A stretch of DNA of 64,000 nt, from contig JBAZBD010000001.1 of assembly GCA_041671645.1 (NCBI GenBank), positions 265,357 to 329,356 on the forward strand, given 5' to 3'. The notes beneath the pieces are model-generated. The model searched no databases. It was given only the letters and a program-made list of their open reading frames with translations, and was not told the origin of the DNA. This DNA is from Patescibacteria group bacterium. Lineage in GTDB: Bacteria; Patescibacteriota; UBA1384; XYA2-FULL-43-10; 1-14-0-10-43-13. Below, piece after piece: positions 17,011 through 25,884 of the stretch (positions are counted from its first letter, which is position 1; each line of letters opens with the position of its first letter). Both the position numbers and the translations under genes were made by a program.

Positions 17011-17071
17011 CCATAATGGATTACCCCAAAGGGGACCCTCCGGGTCGAATTTTCCAAATTACAGATACTAT
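17010..17071 (+). repeat. 62-nt repeated element, copy A (upstream of alaS)
   Basis: Aligns without gaps to 34580-34641 with 9 mismatches. Confidence 0.85.
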
Positions 17072-17075
17072 TATC

Positions 17076-18833
17076 ATGAATTCAAACGAATTACGACAGA
17101 AATTTCTAAAATATTTTGAGGGGGAAGGACATAAAGTCTTGCCCTCTTCTTCTCTTGTGCCCGGCGAGACCGATCCGACCGTTCTTTTCACCACAGCTGG
17201 CATGCATCAATTCAAGCGCTATTATTCTGAGCCTCTCGAGGCGCCGTCAGCTCGGGTTACGACAAGTCAAAAATGTGTTCGAACGGGCGATATTGATGAA
17301 GTGGGCGATAAGACTCACCTGACTTTCTTTGAGATGTTGGGCAATTTTTCTTTTGGTTACCCAGAGACAGAACACTCATATTTCAAGAAAGAATCGATCG
17401 ATTTCGCTTGGCGTTTCCTGACAGATGAACTTGGGCTTGATAAGAAAAGAATTTACGCCACATATTTTCAGGGTGAAAACGGAGTAGCGGAGGATCGAGA
17501 GTCATTTGATATTCTGAAAACGATTGAAGGTTTGGACGAGATCAAACCTCAGGGTTTTGATGACAACTTCTGGTCGCTTGGCACAGAGAATTCACCAGGC
17601 GGACCGACAGTCGAATTTTATGTTGATGGCGTCGAGGTCTGGAATTTGGTTTTCAACGAATACACTTTCATCGGTGGCGAATACAAACCTGCCAAGTTCA
17701 AGGGCGTTGACACTGGCATGGGGTTTGAGCGCTTACTTTGTTCTCTAAATAAAGATTTGGATAGTGTTTATCATACTGATTTATTCGATGCGGCACACAA
17801 GAAATTGCATGAACTTCTAAAAAATGAAGATGTCACTGCCGAAAGAGTCATTCTCGATCATATCCGTGCTGCGATTTTCATTATCAACGATGGTGTCGTG
17901 CCCTCAAACAAGGACAAGGGCTACGTCCTGCGCCGCTTGATCCGTCGAGCGATAGTGAAAGCTCAGCAAATCGGTATTACCGAAAATTTTGTTATCAAAA
18001 TAGCAGAACAATATTTTTCTTCCTATGAAGGTGTTTATTCTTTTGACCAGCCGACAATACTTGGTGAATTGGAGAAGGAGGAGGGCAAATTTCGTCATAC
18101 CCTTAGAGCGGGTTTGAAAAAGTTCGAAATAATGAAAACACTTAAGGAAAATTCAATTAAATCAACGACTTCCGCAGCATTTTTTAATGGCAAAGAGTTA
18201 TTCGATCTTTATCAATCAGATGGTTTTCCTCTCGAATTAAGCCTTGAATTGGCTAAAGAGGCTGGTTTGCCAGTTCGGGATCAAGAGGTTGAACTTTTTA
18301 AGCATTTATCGAAATCCCATCAGGAGCTTTCACGTACTGCTTCTGCGGGTATGTTCAAGGGCGGATTGGCTGAAGCTGGCGAGATTACGACCAAATATCA
18401 CACCGCGACTCACTTACTCTTGGCGGCACTTCGCCAGGTCTTGGGAGACCATGTATTCCAAAAAGGCTCTAACATTACAGCTGAGCGGATGAGATTCGAC
18501 TTTTCCCACCCAGACAAGATGACGCCAGAGCAGATCGAAGAAGTTGAGAAAATTGTAAATCAGAAGATTGATGAAGATTTGACTGTTTCAATGGAGGAGA
18601 TGAGCCTCGAAGACGCCAAAGCTTCAGGGGCAATGGGAGTTTTCGAGAACAAATATGGCGATAAGGTCAAAGTATACACGATCGGGCAAACACCTCACAT
18701 ATCTGAGGTGTTTAGTCGCGAGATGTGCGGCGGGCCTCATGTCACCCGCACTGGCGAGCTTGGCCAATTCAAAATATCGAAGGAAGAAGCCTCCTCTTCT
18801 GGAGTCAGAAGAATCAAGGCAGTTCTCAAATAA
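17076..18833 (+). CDS. alaS: Alanine--tRNA ligase (short form without C-Ala domain)
   Basis: LFTTAGM, HLTFFEMLGNFS, DTGMGFERL, GYVLRRLIRRA, HTATHLL, CGGPHV, SGVRRI. Confidence 0.97.
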   Translation: MNSNELRQKFLKYFEGEGHKVLPSSSLVPGETDPTVLFTTAGMHQFKRYYSEPLEAPSARVTTSQKCVRTGDIDEVGDKTHLTFFEMLGNFSFGYPETEHSYFKKESIDFAWRFLTDELGLDKKRIYATYFQGENGVAEDRESFDILKTIEGLDEIKPQGFDDNFWSLGTENSPGGPTVEFYVDGVEVWNLVFNEYTFIGGEYKPAKFKGVDTGMGFERLLCSLNKDLDSVYHTDLFDAAHKKLHELLKNEDVTAERVILDHIRAAIFIINDGVVPSNKDKGYVLRRLIRRAIVKAQQIGITENFVIKIAEQYFSSYEGVYSFDQPTILGELEKEEGKFRHTLRAGLKKFEIMKTLKENSIKSTTSAAFFNGKELFDLYQSDGFPLELSLELAKEAGLPVRDQEVELFKHLSKSHQELSRTASAGMFKGGLAEAGEITTKYHTATHLLLAALRQVLGDHVFQKGSNITAERMRFDFSHPDKMTPEQIEEVEKIVNQKIDEDLTVSMEEMSLEDAKASGAMGVFENKYGDKVKVYTIGQTPHISEVFSREMCGGPHVTRTGELGQFKISKEEASSSGVRRIKAVLK

Positions 18834-18852
18834 ATTATTCTACTACGAAAAT

Positions 18853-18873
18853 AGCCGCTCGTGCGGCTTTTTT
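18853..18873 (+). terminator. Intrinsic terminator after alaS
   Basis: AGCCGC-tcgt-GCGGCT plus T tract. Confidence 0.8.
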
Positions 18874-18875
18874 GG

Positions 18876-18904
18876 TTGACTAAAAAGCCAAATTGTTGTA
18901 CGAT
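18876..18904 (+). promoter_or_regulatory. sigma70 promoter for cdsA
   Basis: TTGACT-17 nt-TACGAT. Confidence 0.65.
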
Positions 18905-18972
18905 GTAGTGTCGTTTGCAACGACCGACATCAATCGTGACCAATGTGGCACGTTGTCGAAGGGGGTTTCCCC

Positions 18973-19791
18973 ATGAAAACATTTTTGGCGAGGCTTCTCG
19001 TCACTGCTATCGGGATTCCCCTGACGATCACATCGATCTTCTTGGGGGACAAGGACTTTTTCTTTGTCATGGTCTTGGTCACTGTTGTCCTTATGGCCAA
19101 CGAATTCTCAGACATGGCAGGAGAAAAGGAATACCTCAAGTGGTCATCTATCGTGACTGCCGTGGCTGCCTACATGGTAGCTTACGCCAGCATTACCGAT
19201 GGCTTTGAGCAGATAATTCTTTGCCTGGCTGGCGCAACCATTATTTTTCTGGGAGCAGAGGTTCTATCCAAGAAGCTCTGGGTCGAACGGGACAATCCGT
19301 TGCGACTCATTCTTTATCTGGGAGTTTTGTCGGCGTTTCTTGCTGCTATTCGTGCCATTCCAGGTGACACAATAGTGCTTGGCTTCCAGACAGGCATAGG
19401 CTCGATCCTGGTCCTAGACTTCCTCTGTGTGGTCTGGGCGATGGATATCTTCGCCTATCTGATCGGTCGGAAGATCGAAAGCCCACATCTTTGCCCTGAA
19501 ATTAGTGCAGGCAAGACGATTGGTGGCAGTATCGCTGGTTTCGCCGTGGCGGTGATCGTGGCGGCTTTGTTCGCCTTCGTACTTCACAAACCTTCACTGG
19601 TCATTATCGGACCAGTTGTAGGCATCCTCGGTCAAATCGGGGATCTGGTCGAATCTTTGCTGAAAAGGAAGTTTGGGGTGAAGGATTCGGGAACACTATT
19701 TCCCGGACATGGCGGAATGTTGGATCGGCTTGATAGCGTGATCTATTCTGCCCCGGTAGTTTATTTCCTTTTCCGTTTAATCGGATTTTGA
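18973..19791 (+). CDS. cdsA: Phosphatidate cytidylyltransferase
   Basis: DIFAYLIG, ISAGKT, GDLVESLLKRKFGVKDSGTLFPGHGGMLDRLDS. Confidence 0.93.
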   Translation: MKTFLARLLVTAIGIPLTITSIFLGDKDFFFVMVLVTVVLMANEFSDMAGEKEYLKWSSIVTAVAAYMVAYASITDGFEQIILCLAGATIIFLGAEVLSKKLWVERDNPLRLILYLGVLSAFLAAIRAIPGDTIVLGFQTGIGSILVLDFLCVVWAMDIFAYLIGRKIESPHLCPEISAGKTIGGSIAGFAVAVIVAALFAFVLHKPSLVIIGPVVGILGQIGDLVESLLKRKFGVKDSGTLFPGHGGMLDRLDSVIYSAPVVYFLFRLIGF

Positions 19792-19806
19792 GTAAGGAGG
19801 TGCGAT

Positions 19807-20079
19807 ATGGCACTTGATGCCAATCTTAGTCTAAATCGCCCTCATTACGAGAGGGTGAATAGAGCCCACGTGGTAGAGCCAAGCACCGTTGAGATAATTG
19901 TCCGCCACGGTCGAGTGGTACATTTACTCTGTAAAGACGATAAAACAGCTCACAGACTCTGCAAAGCTATTGACGATAGGATCAGGGCAACCATTGTGTA
20001 TTACCTGGAACTTGTCCAAGGTACCAAAGCCGTCTGTGGTATCAGGCTCAAGCAGGCGATTGGACCTGAGAACTTTTAA
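19807..20079 (+). CDS. Hypothetical protein
   Basis: AAGGAGGT RBS; hairpin at 20094-20115 downstream. Confidence 0.7.
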   Translation: MALDANLSLNRPHYERVNRAHVVEPSTVEIIVRHGRVVHLLCKDDKTAHRLCKAIDDRIRATIVYYLELVQGTKAVCGIRLKQAIGPENF

Positions 20080-20314
20080 GAAAAAATATCTAGCCCGCGG
20101 CAAAATTGCCGCGGGTCTTCTATTTATCGGGCCATATTCTATTGCTATTTCAACACTTTTCTATTATATTGCACAGTATAGGAGGGCTGAATCAGATTCG
20201 AAGTGATTGAGCTCTTTTTGTACTTAGTCGGCAACTGTCGGCTAAACAATTTGTCTCCGACTTGATCGGAGCTGTGCTTCCGTGAAAACGGAAAAGGAAA
20301 AAGGTATTGAACCA

Positions 20315-21274
20315 ATGGAAAGAAAATTTATGGATCTCCTCCATGGTCAATGGGACGCTGGGAAATTCTCTTGTGTGGGTCTGGACACTAATCACCGGGA
20401 AATTTCCGATGAGATTAAGGCTTCTTTGGCAAATGCAGTAGGCTCGACGTCTGTTGCCATTGTCAGGCGATTTAATCGCAAGATTATCGAAGCAACGGCA
20501 GACCTGGCTGGGATGTACAAGCCAAACATTGCGTTTTATGAGGCGTTAGGATCTCAAGGTCTGGACGTGCTACGATCGACAGTGGCCTATATCCACCAGG
20601 TTGCTCCGCAAGTGCCGGTGATATTGGATGCTAAGAGGGCCGACATCGGCTCGACAAACAAGGGTTATGTCGACATGATCGACTGGCTTGGGGCCGATGC
20701 TATCACTGCCCACCCGTATCTCGGGAGCGAAGCGTTGGGACCATTTCTGGAACGTAAAGACAAAGGTGTTATTGTCCTTTGTCGAACCTCGAACCCAGGT
20801 GCCAAAGAGTTGCAAAATTATTTTGTCATTGTAAAAACGGGCGATGAGCATAGATTTTTCTTTGAGAATAATTTGGCGAATCATCTTGCGATTGATTATC
20901 GCGATACTCCTAACAACGCAACGTCTCATCAAATTGCCGTTCCTCTCTACCAGCATTTGGCTTACAAGATAAGCACCGCGTGGAATGGTAATGGCAATTG
21001 CTGTCTCGTCGTCGGAGCGACTTATCCGGAAGAGATGGCAATCGTTCGCAAGATTGCGCCCAAACTCCCATTCCTAATACCAGGAGTAGGGAAACAAGGT
21101 GGCACCGCTACTGATGCCGTGAAAAACGGGAAGGATGCGAATGGCCAAGGGATGATTATCAATAGCTCCCGTGGCATCATCTTCGCCTCCAAGGGCATTG
21201 ATTTTCCAACCGTTGCTCGAGAGCAACTCGAAGCTCTCAATGACGAAATTCGCCAGGCGCTTGAAGTCGCCTGA
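20315..21274 (+). CDS. pyrF: Orotidine-5'-phosphate decarboxylase (type 2) with an insertion
   Basis: CVGLD, YKPNIAFY, ILDAKRADIGST, LCRTSNPGA, VVGATYP, LIPGVGKQGG, NSSRGII. Confidence 0.95.
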   Translation: MERKFMDLLHGQWDAGKFSCVGLDTNHREISDEIKASLANAVGSTSVAIVRRFNRKIIEATADLAGMYKPNIAFYEALGSQGLDVLRSTVAYIHQVAPQVPVILDAKRADIGSTNKGYVDMIDWLGADAITAHPYLGSEALGPFLERKDKGVIVLCRTSNPGAKELQNYFVIVKTGDEHRFFFENNLANHLAIDYRDTPNNATSHQIAVPLYQHLAYKISTAWNGNGNCCLVVGATYPEEMAIVRKIAPKLPFLIPGVGKQGGTATDAVKNGKDANGQGMIINSSRGIIFASKGIDFPTVAREQLEALNDEIRQALEVA

Positions 21275-21287
21275 AAGGAGCATAATT

Positions 21288-22043
21288 ATGACTGAACAAG
21301 AGAAAGACTTGATGCAGCCTTTGTTTGTCAGGGGCGGATACTACGATTGCCCCAAGGACCCAGAGGGCATTCGAATGGGGCCGATGGTCGGCTATGCCGG
21401 ACTCGGCGCTAACGGCCTGCAGAAGGTCGGAGACAAATACTTCGATTATTCAACAATCGAAGGTACCGTTCACAACGAGGCGTTTGCTGCTGTGATCGCA
21501 AAGGCGGTTTTTAAGGAATTGAATCCTGAAAGTGTTGTAGTATATGGCATGCCGATGGGCGGTATATATTTAGCTGGCGAAGTGGCACGTTGGCTTCGGT
21601 TTTACACAGAGGCCGAAGCGGCTTTTATGGAAAAAAAGGTTACCGCCTTGGCGACAGAGAGCATCCGTGAGCAGTCGATCTTGTCCTTCGGACGTTATGC
21701 GCCGAAACCGGGCCAGAAAATTCTTCTCTGCGATGATGTTTTCAATAACGGCACCACTACAGGTCTTGCGATTGACATGTTTGAAGAGGCCGGGGCAGAA
21801 GTCATCGGGATACTTTGTGCCATTAATCGGTCATGGCCTTCTATCACTGCTTATGAACGTAAAGGGGACAAGCCGGCGGTTGCAATTATCGCCGGAGTTA
21901 CGCTTCCGACAGAGCAGTGGGAGCAGTCCGATCCGAAGGTTGCAAGCGATTTGAAGCGTTTCCCATTAGTTAAGAAGCCGAAAATGGCACGCAAGGAGTT
22001 GCAGAAGATCATGGCCGATCTCATGTACGGCCAGGTTACCTAA
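21288..22043 (+). CDS. Divergent type I phosphoribosyltransferase, probably orotate PRT
   Basis: PRPP loop LLCDDVFNNGTT; PMGG; directly after pyrF with an AAGGAG RBS. Confidence 0.75.
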   Translation: MTEQEKDLMQPLFVRGGYYDCPKDPEGIRMGPMVGYAGLGANGLQKVGDKYFDYSTIEGTVHNEAFAAVIAKAVFKELNPESVVVYGMPMGGIYLAGEVARWLRFYTEAEAAFMEKKVTALATESIREQSILSFGRYAPKPGQKILLCDDVFNNGTTTGLAIDMFEEAGAEVIGILCAINRSWPSITAYERKGDKPAVAIIAGVTLPTEQWEQSDPKVASDLKRFPLVKKPKMARKELQKIMADLMYGQVT

Positions 22044-22048
22044 TCACG

Positions 22049-22087
22049 GGGCTTGTTTGACACTGTCAGACGAGCCCTATTTTATTT
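22049..22087 (+). terminator. Intrinsic terminator
   Basis: GGGCTTGTTTGACA-c-TGTCAGACGAGCCC then TATTTTATTT. Confidence 0.75.
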
Positions 22088-22112
22088 GGAATCAAAAATC
22101 GTTATAATATTA

Positions 22113-22275
22113 GAAGCTTGTCTAACGACTACATCTGATAGCTGCGAACGGCCTATTTCGGCTACGAAACACGAATTGCTCGTCAAGGTAGAGTCATCTA
22201 CCTTTCCTCACACTTCCTGCTTCTCGCTCAAAATATTCTCGTTCTCGCCTCAAGAGTAGTCGCTAGACAAGCTTC
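22113..22275. mobile_element. 163-bp MITE-like element with 20-bp terminal inverted repeats
   Basis: GAAGCTTGTCTAACGACTAC ... GTAGTCGCTAGACAAGCTTC (1 mismatch); no credible coding capacity. Confidence 0.7.
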
Positions 22276-22298
22276 GGAACCTTAAGCGAGGGATTTTT

Positions 22299-23546
22299 GT
22301 GGCACTATTTGGAAACAAGAAAAAGCATTATGCCATCGGGCTGGATATCGGCACTGAGTATGTCAAAGTGCTTGTTTTCTATGTTCAGGACGACGTCGCA
22401 CATGTGATTGGGACGGGCAAACAACGCCAACAGCTCTCTGATATGCAGGGCGGGCGAGTGACTGATATTTATGGTGTGACCAAGAATTGCGAAGCGGCCC
22501 TCGAGCAAGCCTTCGAAGAAGCCAAAGTGGCGCCACGACAGTGTGTTGTCGGTATTGCTGGTGAATTGGTCAAGGGCGCGACTACCACGATTCATTATCG
22601 TCGCGAGAATCCAACCGAGAAAATCACAATCAAAGAATTACGCGAAATTATCGAGCAAGTTCAACAGCGAGCATTTGACAAGATTAAGGATCAAATTACC
22701 TGGGAGACAGGCCAATCTGAGGTTGACGTGAAATTGGTCAATTCAGCTGTGGTCGACGTCAAAATCGATGGCTACAAAGTGACCAACCCAGTTGGTTTCC
22801 AGGGTCGAGATGTGCTGGTCGGAATCTTCAACGCATTTGCTCCAATCGTTCATACGGGCGCGATACAGACTATTACCGAAGAATTAAAACTTGATTTACT
22901 CTCGATTGTTGCTGAGCCTTATGCGGTGGCCAAAAGTGTCGGACTGGAGGATTCAGCTGAATTCTCTTCTATTTTTATAGACATTGGCGGCGGTACGACC
23001 GATATTGCGGTTGTGCGTGGCGGCGGGCTCGAGGGGACAGAAATGTTTGGCATTGGCGGACGCGTTTTCACCAAGTCGATTGCTGACGCTACGGACAAGA
23101 CTTTCGCCGAGGCGGAGAAATTAAAATTGGATTATTCTGCCGGCAAGATAGACAAGAGCTCAGAGCTTGGCAAATTGATCAAGAATACAGTTCGCGAGAA
23201 TTGCGAAGTCTGGCTCGGTGGGGTAGAATTAGCTTTGGAAGAGTTCACAAATGTCGAGATGTTGCCTAGCAAGATCATGCTTTGCGGTGGCGGCTCGCTT
23301 TTGCCCGAAATTTCCGAGTTTTTGTCTGAGAAGGGCTGGACCGAAAATTTGCCTTTTTCAAGACGGCCAAAAGTAGATTTCATCAAACCATCCGAAGTTG
23401 CGACAGTTGTTGACGAAACTGGTAAGCTCAAAGGAGCCCAGGATATCACGCCAATGGCTCTGGCTAATTTGGCGATTGACCTGGCCGGTGAAGAAAAAGT
23501 GGGGGATGGGATTATGGACAAGATACTTTCAGGGCTTCGGTCATAA
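22299..23546 (+). CDS. ftsA: FtsA-like actin-family ATPase
   Basis: GLDIGTEYVK, IVAEPYAVA, IDIGGGTTDIA, AEKLK, LCGGGSLL. Confidence 0.8.
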   Translation: MALFGNKKKHYAIGLDIGTEYVKVLVFYVQDDVAHVIGTGKQRQQLSDMQGGRVTDIYGVTKNCEAALEQAFEEAKVAPRQCVVGIAGELVKGATTTIHYRRENPTEKITIKELREIIEQVQQRAFDKIKDQITWETGQSEVDVKLVNSAVVDVKIDGYKVTNPVGFQGRDVLVGIFNAFAPIVHTGAIQTITEELKLDLLSIVAEPYAVAKSVGLEDSAEFSSIFIDIGGGTTDIAVVRGGGLEGTEMFGIGGRVFTKSIADATDKTFAEAEKLKLDYSAGKIDKSSELGKLIKNTVRENCEVWLGGVELALEEFTNVEMLPSKIMLCGGGSLLPEISEFLSEKGWTENLPFSRRPKVDFIKPSEVATVVDETGKLKGAQDITPMALANLAIDLAGEEKVGDGIMDKILSGLRS

Positions 23547-23552
23547 CCGAAG

Positions 23553-23642
23553 AATTTCTAATTTCTAATTAATAATTTCTAATCAATTACTAATTACAAA
23601 TTAATAATTGAATAAAAATTGAGAAGTAAGATTTAAGAATTA
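23553..23642. repeat. AT-rich AATTTCT heptamer array with inverted arm
   Basis: AATTTCT AATTTCT AATTAAT AATTTCT ... AATTACT AATTACA, followed by degenerate reverse units. Confidence 0.8.
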
Positions 23643-23645
23643 TTG

Positions 23646-25460
23646 ATGAATCAGGTTTTTTACATCGAAGCAGATGAGGAGATAACGAAAGTTATCAAAC
23701 GGATGAAAAGCTCCGACAAAGAGGGCGTGATTTTCGTGATCCCTCGTGGCAGTAGCTTGGGCCAGAGTGTCGTAAATCTGAAATTGCTCAAGAGAAGCGC
23801 CCGTGACACGAAGAAGGCTTTGGGTATCGTGACCTCTGATTCAGCGACCAAAAATTTGGCTGACCAAATCGGCGTGACCGTATTTTCCAAAGTGAGCGAG
23901 GCAGAAAAAGCGCCACTTGACATGGAGAAAGCTGTAGATAAAGCGAAAGATACGGCCAATCTCAAAGTGAATACTTACCAGAAATATAGTCTTGGCGGTG
24001 CGAGCGAGTCGGCCAAGGAAGATGAAATTAATGCTCCAGAGCCGAAAGCAGAAGAAGAGCCCGAGGATGAGGCGGCTGTTCTGGAAGCTGGACAATCAGA
24101 GGAAGCGGAGTTATCTTCAGAGGAAGAGGAAGTGCCAGAGGCAGTCGAAAGTCGAAAGTCGAAAGTCGAAAGTGAGGAAGCAGAAGAGGAAGTCGAAAGT
24201 CAGGAGCAAGACGAACAGACAGAAGAACCAATTAAACCGCGCAAAGAGCCAGAGGCGGCTCCGGAGTTTAAGAAAGTGAAAGATATGAGGAGAAAAAGCA
24301 AAAAACCATTGATTATTTTGTTGTCTGCTGTTGTCCTTGTTGCCCTTGGCGCGGCCTATGTTTTCCTACCGAAAGCCAGTATTTCTCTACTTGTAGACAG
24401 CCGAGACGTCTCGCTTGATTACAAGGTAATAGTCGACAAAAATCAGGACAGCGCAAATCTCGAAAAAATGTCATTCTCAGGTCAAATTGTTGAATTGTCA
24501 AAGGATGGCGCCAAACAATACGACGCAACTGGCGCCAAGGATATGGGAACGAAAGCTAGCGGTACAATTACCATTACCAATTCTCTGCTCACAAACCAAG
24601 TCTTGCCTGCTGGCACGAAGGTCACGTCAAGTGATGGCAAAGTTTTTATTATCGCAAAAGGAGTGATTGCGCCTGCAGCAACTTTAATTCAAGCTACTTG
24701 CAAGGTTTCGCTGACTGGGACAGTGGAGTGTGATAGCAACCCAGGCACGATCGATGCTGGCGTTACAGCTGATCAGAATGGTGAAGCCTACAATCTGGCC
24801 GTCAACACGAGTTTTACTGTTGGCAAGATGACAGCCACCAACAAAGCGGCTTTTGTCGGAGGTTTGACCAAAACACAGAAGTTTGTGACGGAGGAAGATC
24901 TCGCAAACGCCTCCAAAGACCTATCGGCCAAAATCAAAACTGATAATGCCGCCGAGTTTACAAAGTTAGTGACTGATAGCAATCTCAAGGTCTTTGAGAA
25001 AAGCCAGGGCGAAGAAGTGATTACTCAGAGCGCGGACAAGAAGGCAAATGACGAAGCTGATGTGTTTCAGTACAGCATGAAACTCAAGATGTTTGCGGTC
25101 GGCTTCGAAGAGTCAAATTTGGAGGAATTCGCAACCAAATATATCGAGTCCAACATTCTAGCCGACGAAGCGGTTCTGGATCAGAAGAGTGTCTCAACCA
25201 CTTATAAGTTTGCGGATGCGAGCTTGGCTAACGGCACAATCAACCTAGACATTACTAGCGCGGCCAAAGTCGGACGCAAGATTGACGTCGCAAAGATCAG
25301 GAGCAGCTTGGTCAACAAAAGCAAGACGGAGGCAAAGAATTATCTGATGGGACTGCCTGGAGTGAACGAAGCGACGGTCAAGGCGACTCCTTCATCTCTA
25401 CCGCTCTTGCCATATTTCAAGAACAATATTTCAATAAACTTTGATTACAAAACAAAATAA
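23646..25460 (+). CDS. Membrane-anchored protein with a baseplate-J-like extracellular domain
   Basis: FYIEADEEIT...VNLKLLKR N-terminus, acidic linker, TM, GTKASGTITITN, GEAYNL. Confidence 0.75.
   Translation: MNQVFYIEADEEITKVIKRMKSSDKEGVIFVIPRGSSLGQSVVNLKLLKRSARDTKKALGIVTSDSATKNLADQIGVTVFSKVSEAEKAPLDMEKAVDKAKDTANLKVNTYQKYSLGGASESAKEDEINAPEPKAEEEPEDEAAVLEAGQSEEAELSSEEEEVPEAVESRKSKVESEEAEEEVESQEQDEQTEEPIKPRKEPEAAPEFKKVKDMRRKSKKPLIILLSAVVLVALGAAYVFLPKASISLLVDSRDVSLDYKVIVDKNQDSANLEKMSFSGQIVELSKDGAKQYDATGAKDMGTKASGTITITNSLLTNQVLPAGTKVTSSDGKVFIIAKGVIAPAATLIQATCKVSLTGTVECDSNPGTIDAGVTADQNGEAYNLAVNTSFTVGKMTATNKAAFVGGLTKTQKFVTEEDLANASKDLSAKIKTDNAAEFTKLVTDSNLKVFEKSQGEEVITQSADKKANDEADVFQYSMKLKMFAVGFEESNLEEFATKYIESNILADEAVLDQKSVSTTYKFADASLANGTINLDITSAAKVGRKIDVAKIRSSLVNKSKTEAKNYLMGLPGVNEATVKATPSSLPLLPYFKNNISINFDYKTK
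24143..24173 (+). repeat. Perfect (AGTCGAA)x4 microsatellite within a CDS
   Basis: Encodes VESRKSKVES. Confidence 0.9.
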
Positions 25461-25461
25461 T

Positions 25462-25884
25462 ATGTATTTGGCGATTGATTATGGCACGAAGCGAATAGGG
25501 GCAGCGATCGGAGAGATGATACCAACTGGGCTCCCGATCATATTGAATGAAGGCGAAAAAGCCGTGTTAAGGCTTCTCGAGATTATCGAGAGAGAAGAAA
25601 TCAGCGCGATCGTTGTCGGTTTGCCGACTCGCTCTCAGGGCGAAGAAGGCACGATCTCTCCAGAGATTAGAGAGTTTGCTCGGAAGCTAAGTGAACAAGC
25701 CCACAAGCCCGTTTTCTTCGAGCCAGAGGAGCTGACATCGATGGAGGCAGAGTCCATGATCAAGCAAAATAATTTGAAATATGCAGTTGATGAATTGGCG
25801 GCTGTTCTGATCCTGGAGCAGTTTATCAATCGAGTGAATCATGAAGGTTATGATAATTTAAAGCCGGATATTGGAGTCGTTTGA
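25462..25884 (+). CDS. yqgF: YqgF/RuvX nuclease
   Basis: LAIDYGTKRIGAA, IVVGLP, EELTSMEA, VDELAAVLILE. Confidence 0.9.
   Translation: MYLAIDYGTKRIGAAIGEMIPTGLPIILNEGEKAVLRLLEIIEREEISAIVVGLPTRSQGEEGTISPEIREFARKLSEQAHKPVFFEPEELTSMEAESMIKQNNLKYAVDELAAVLILEQFINRVNHEGYDNLKPDIGVV

Noticed and set aside
17010-17075. T-box riboswitch upstream of alaS or lysS
   Set aside because: Too short, with no UGGNACC antiterminator bulge or stem I motifs.
23646-25460. Prophage suggested by the baseplate-J-like domain
   Set aside because: No other phage genes; the protein has a TM anchor and lies in an ftsA-yqgF-mltG cell-envelope operon.
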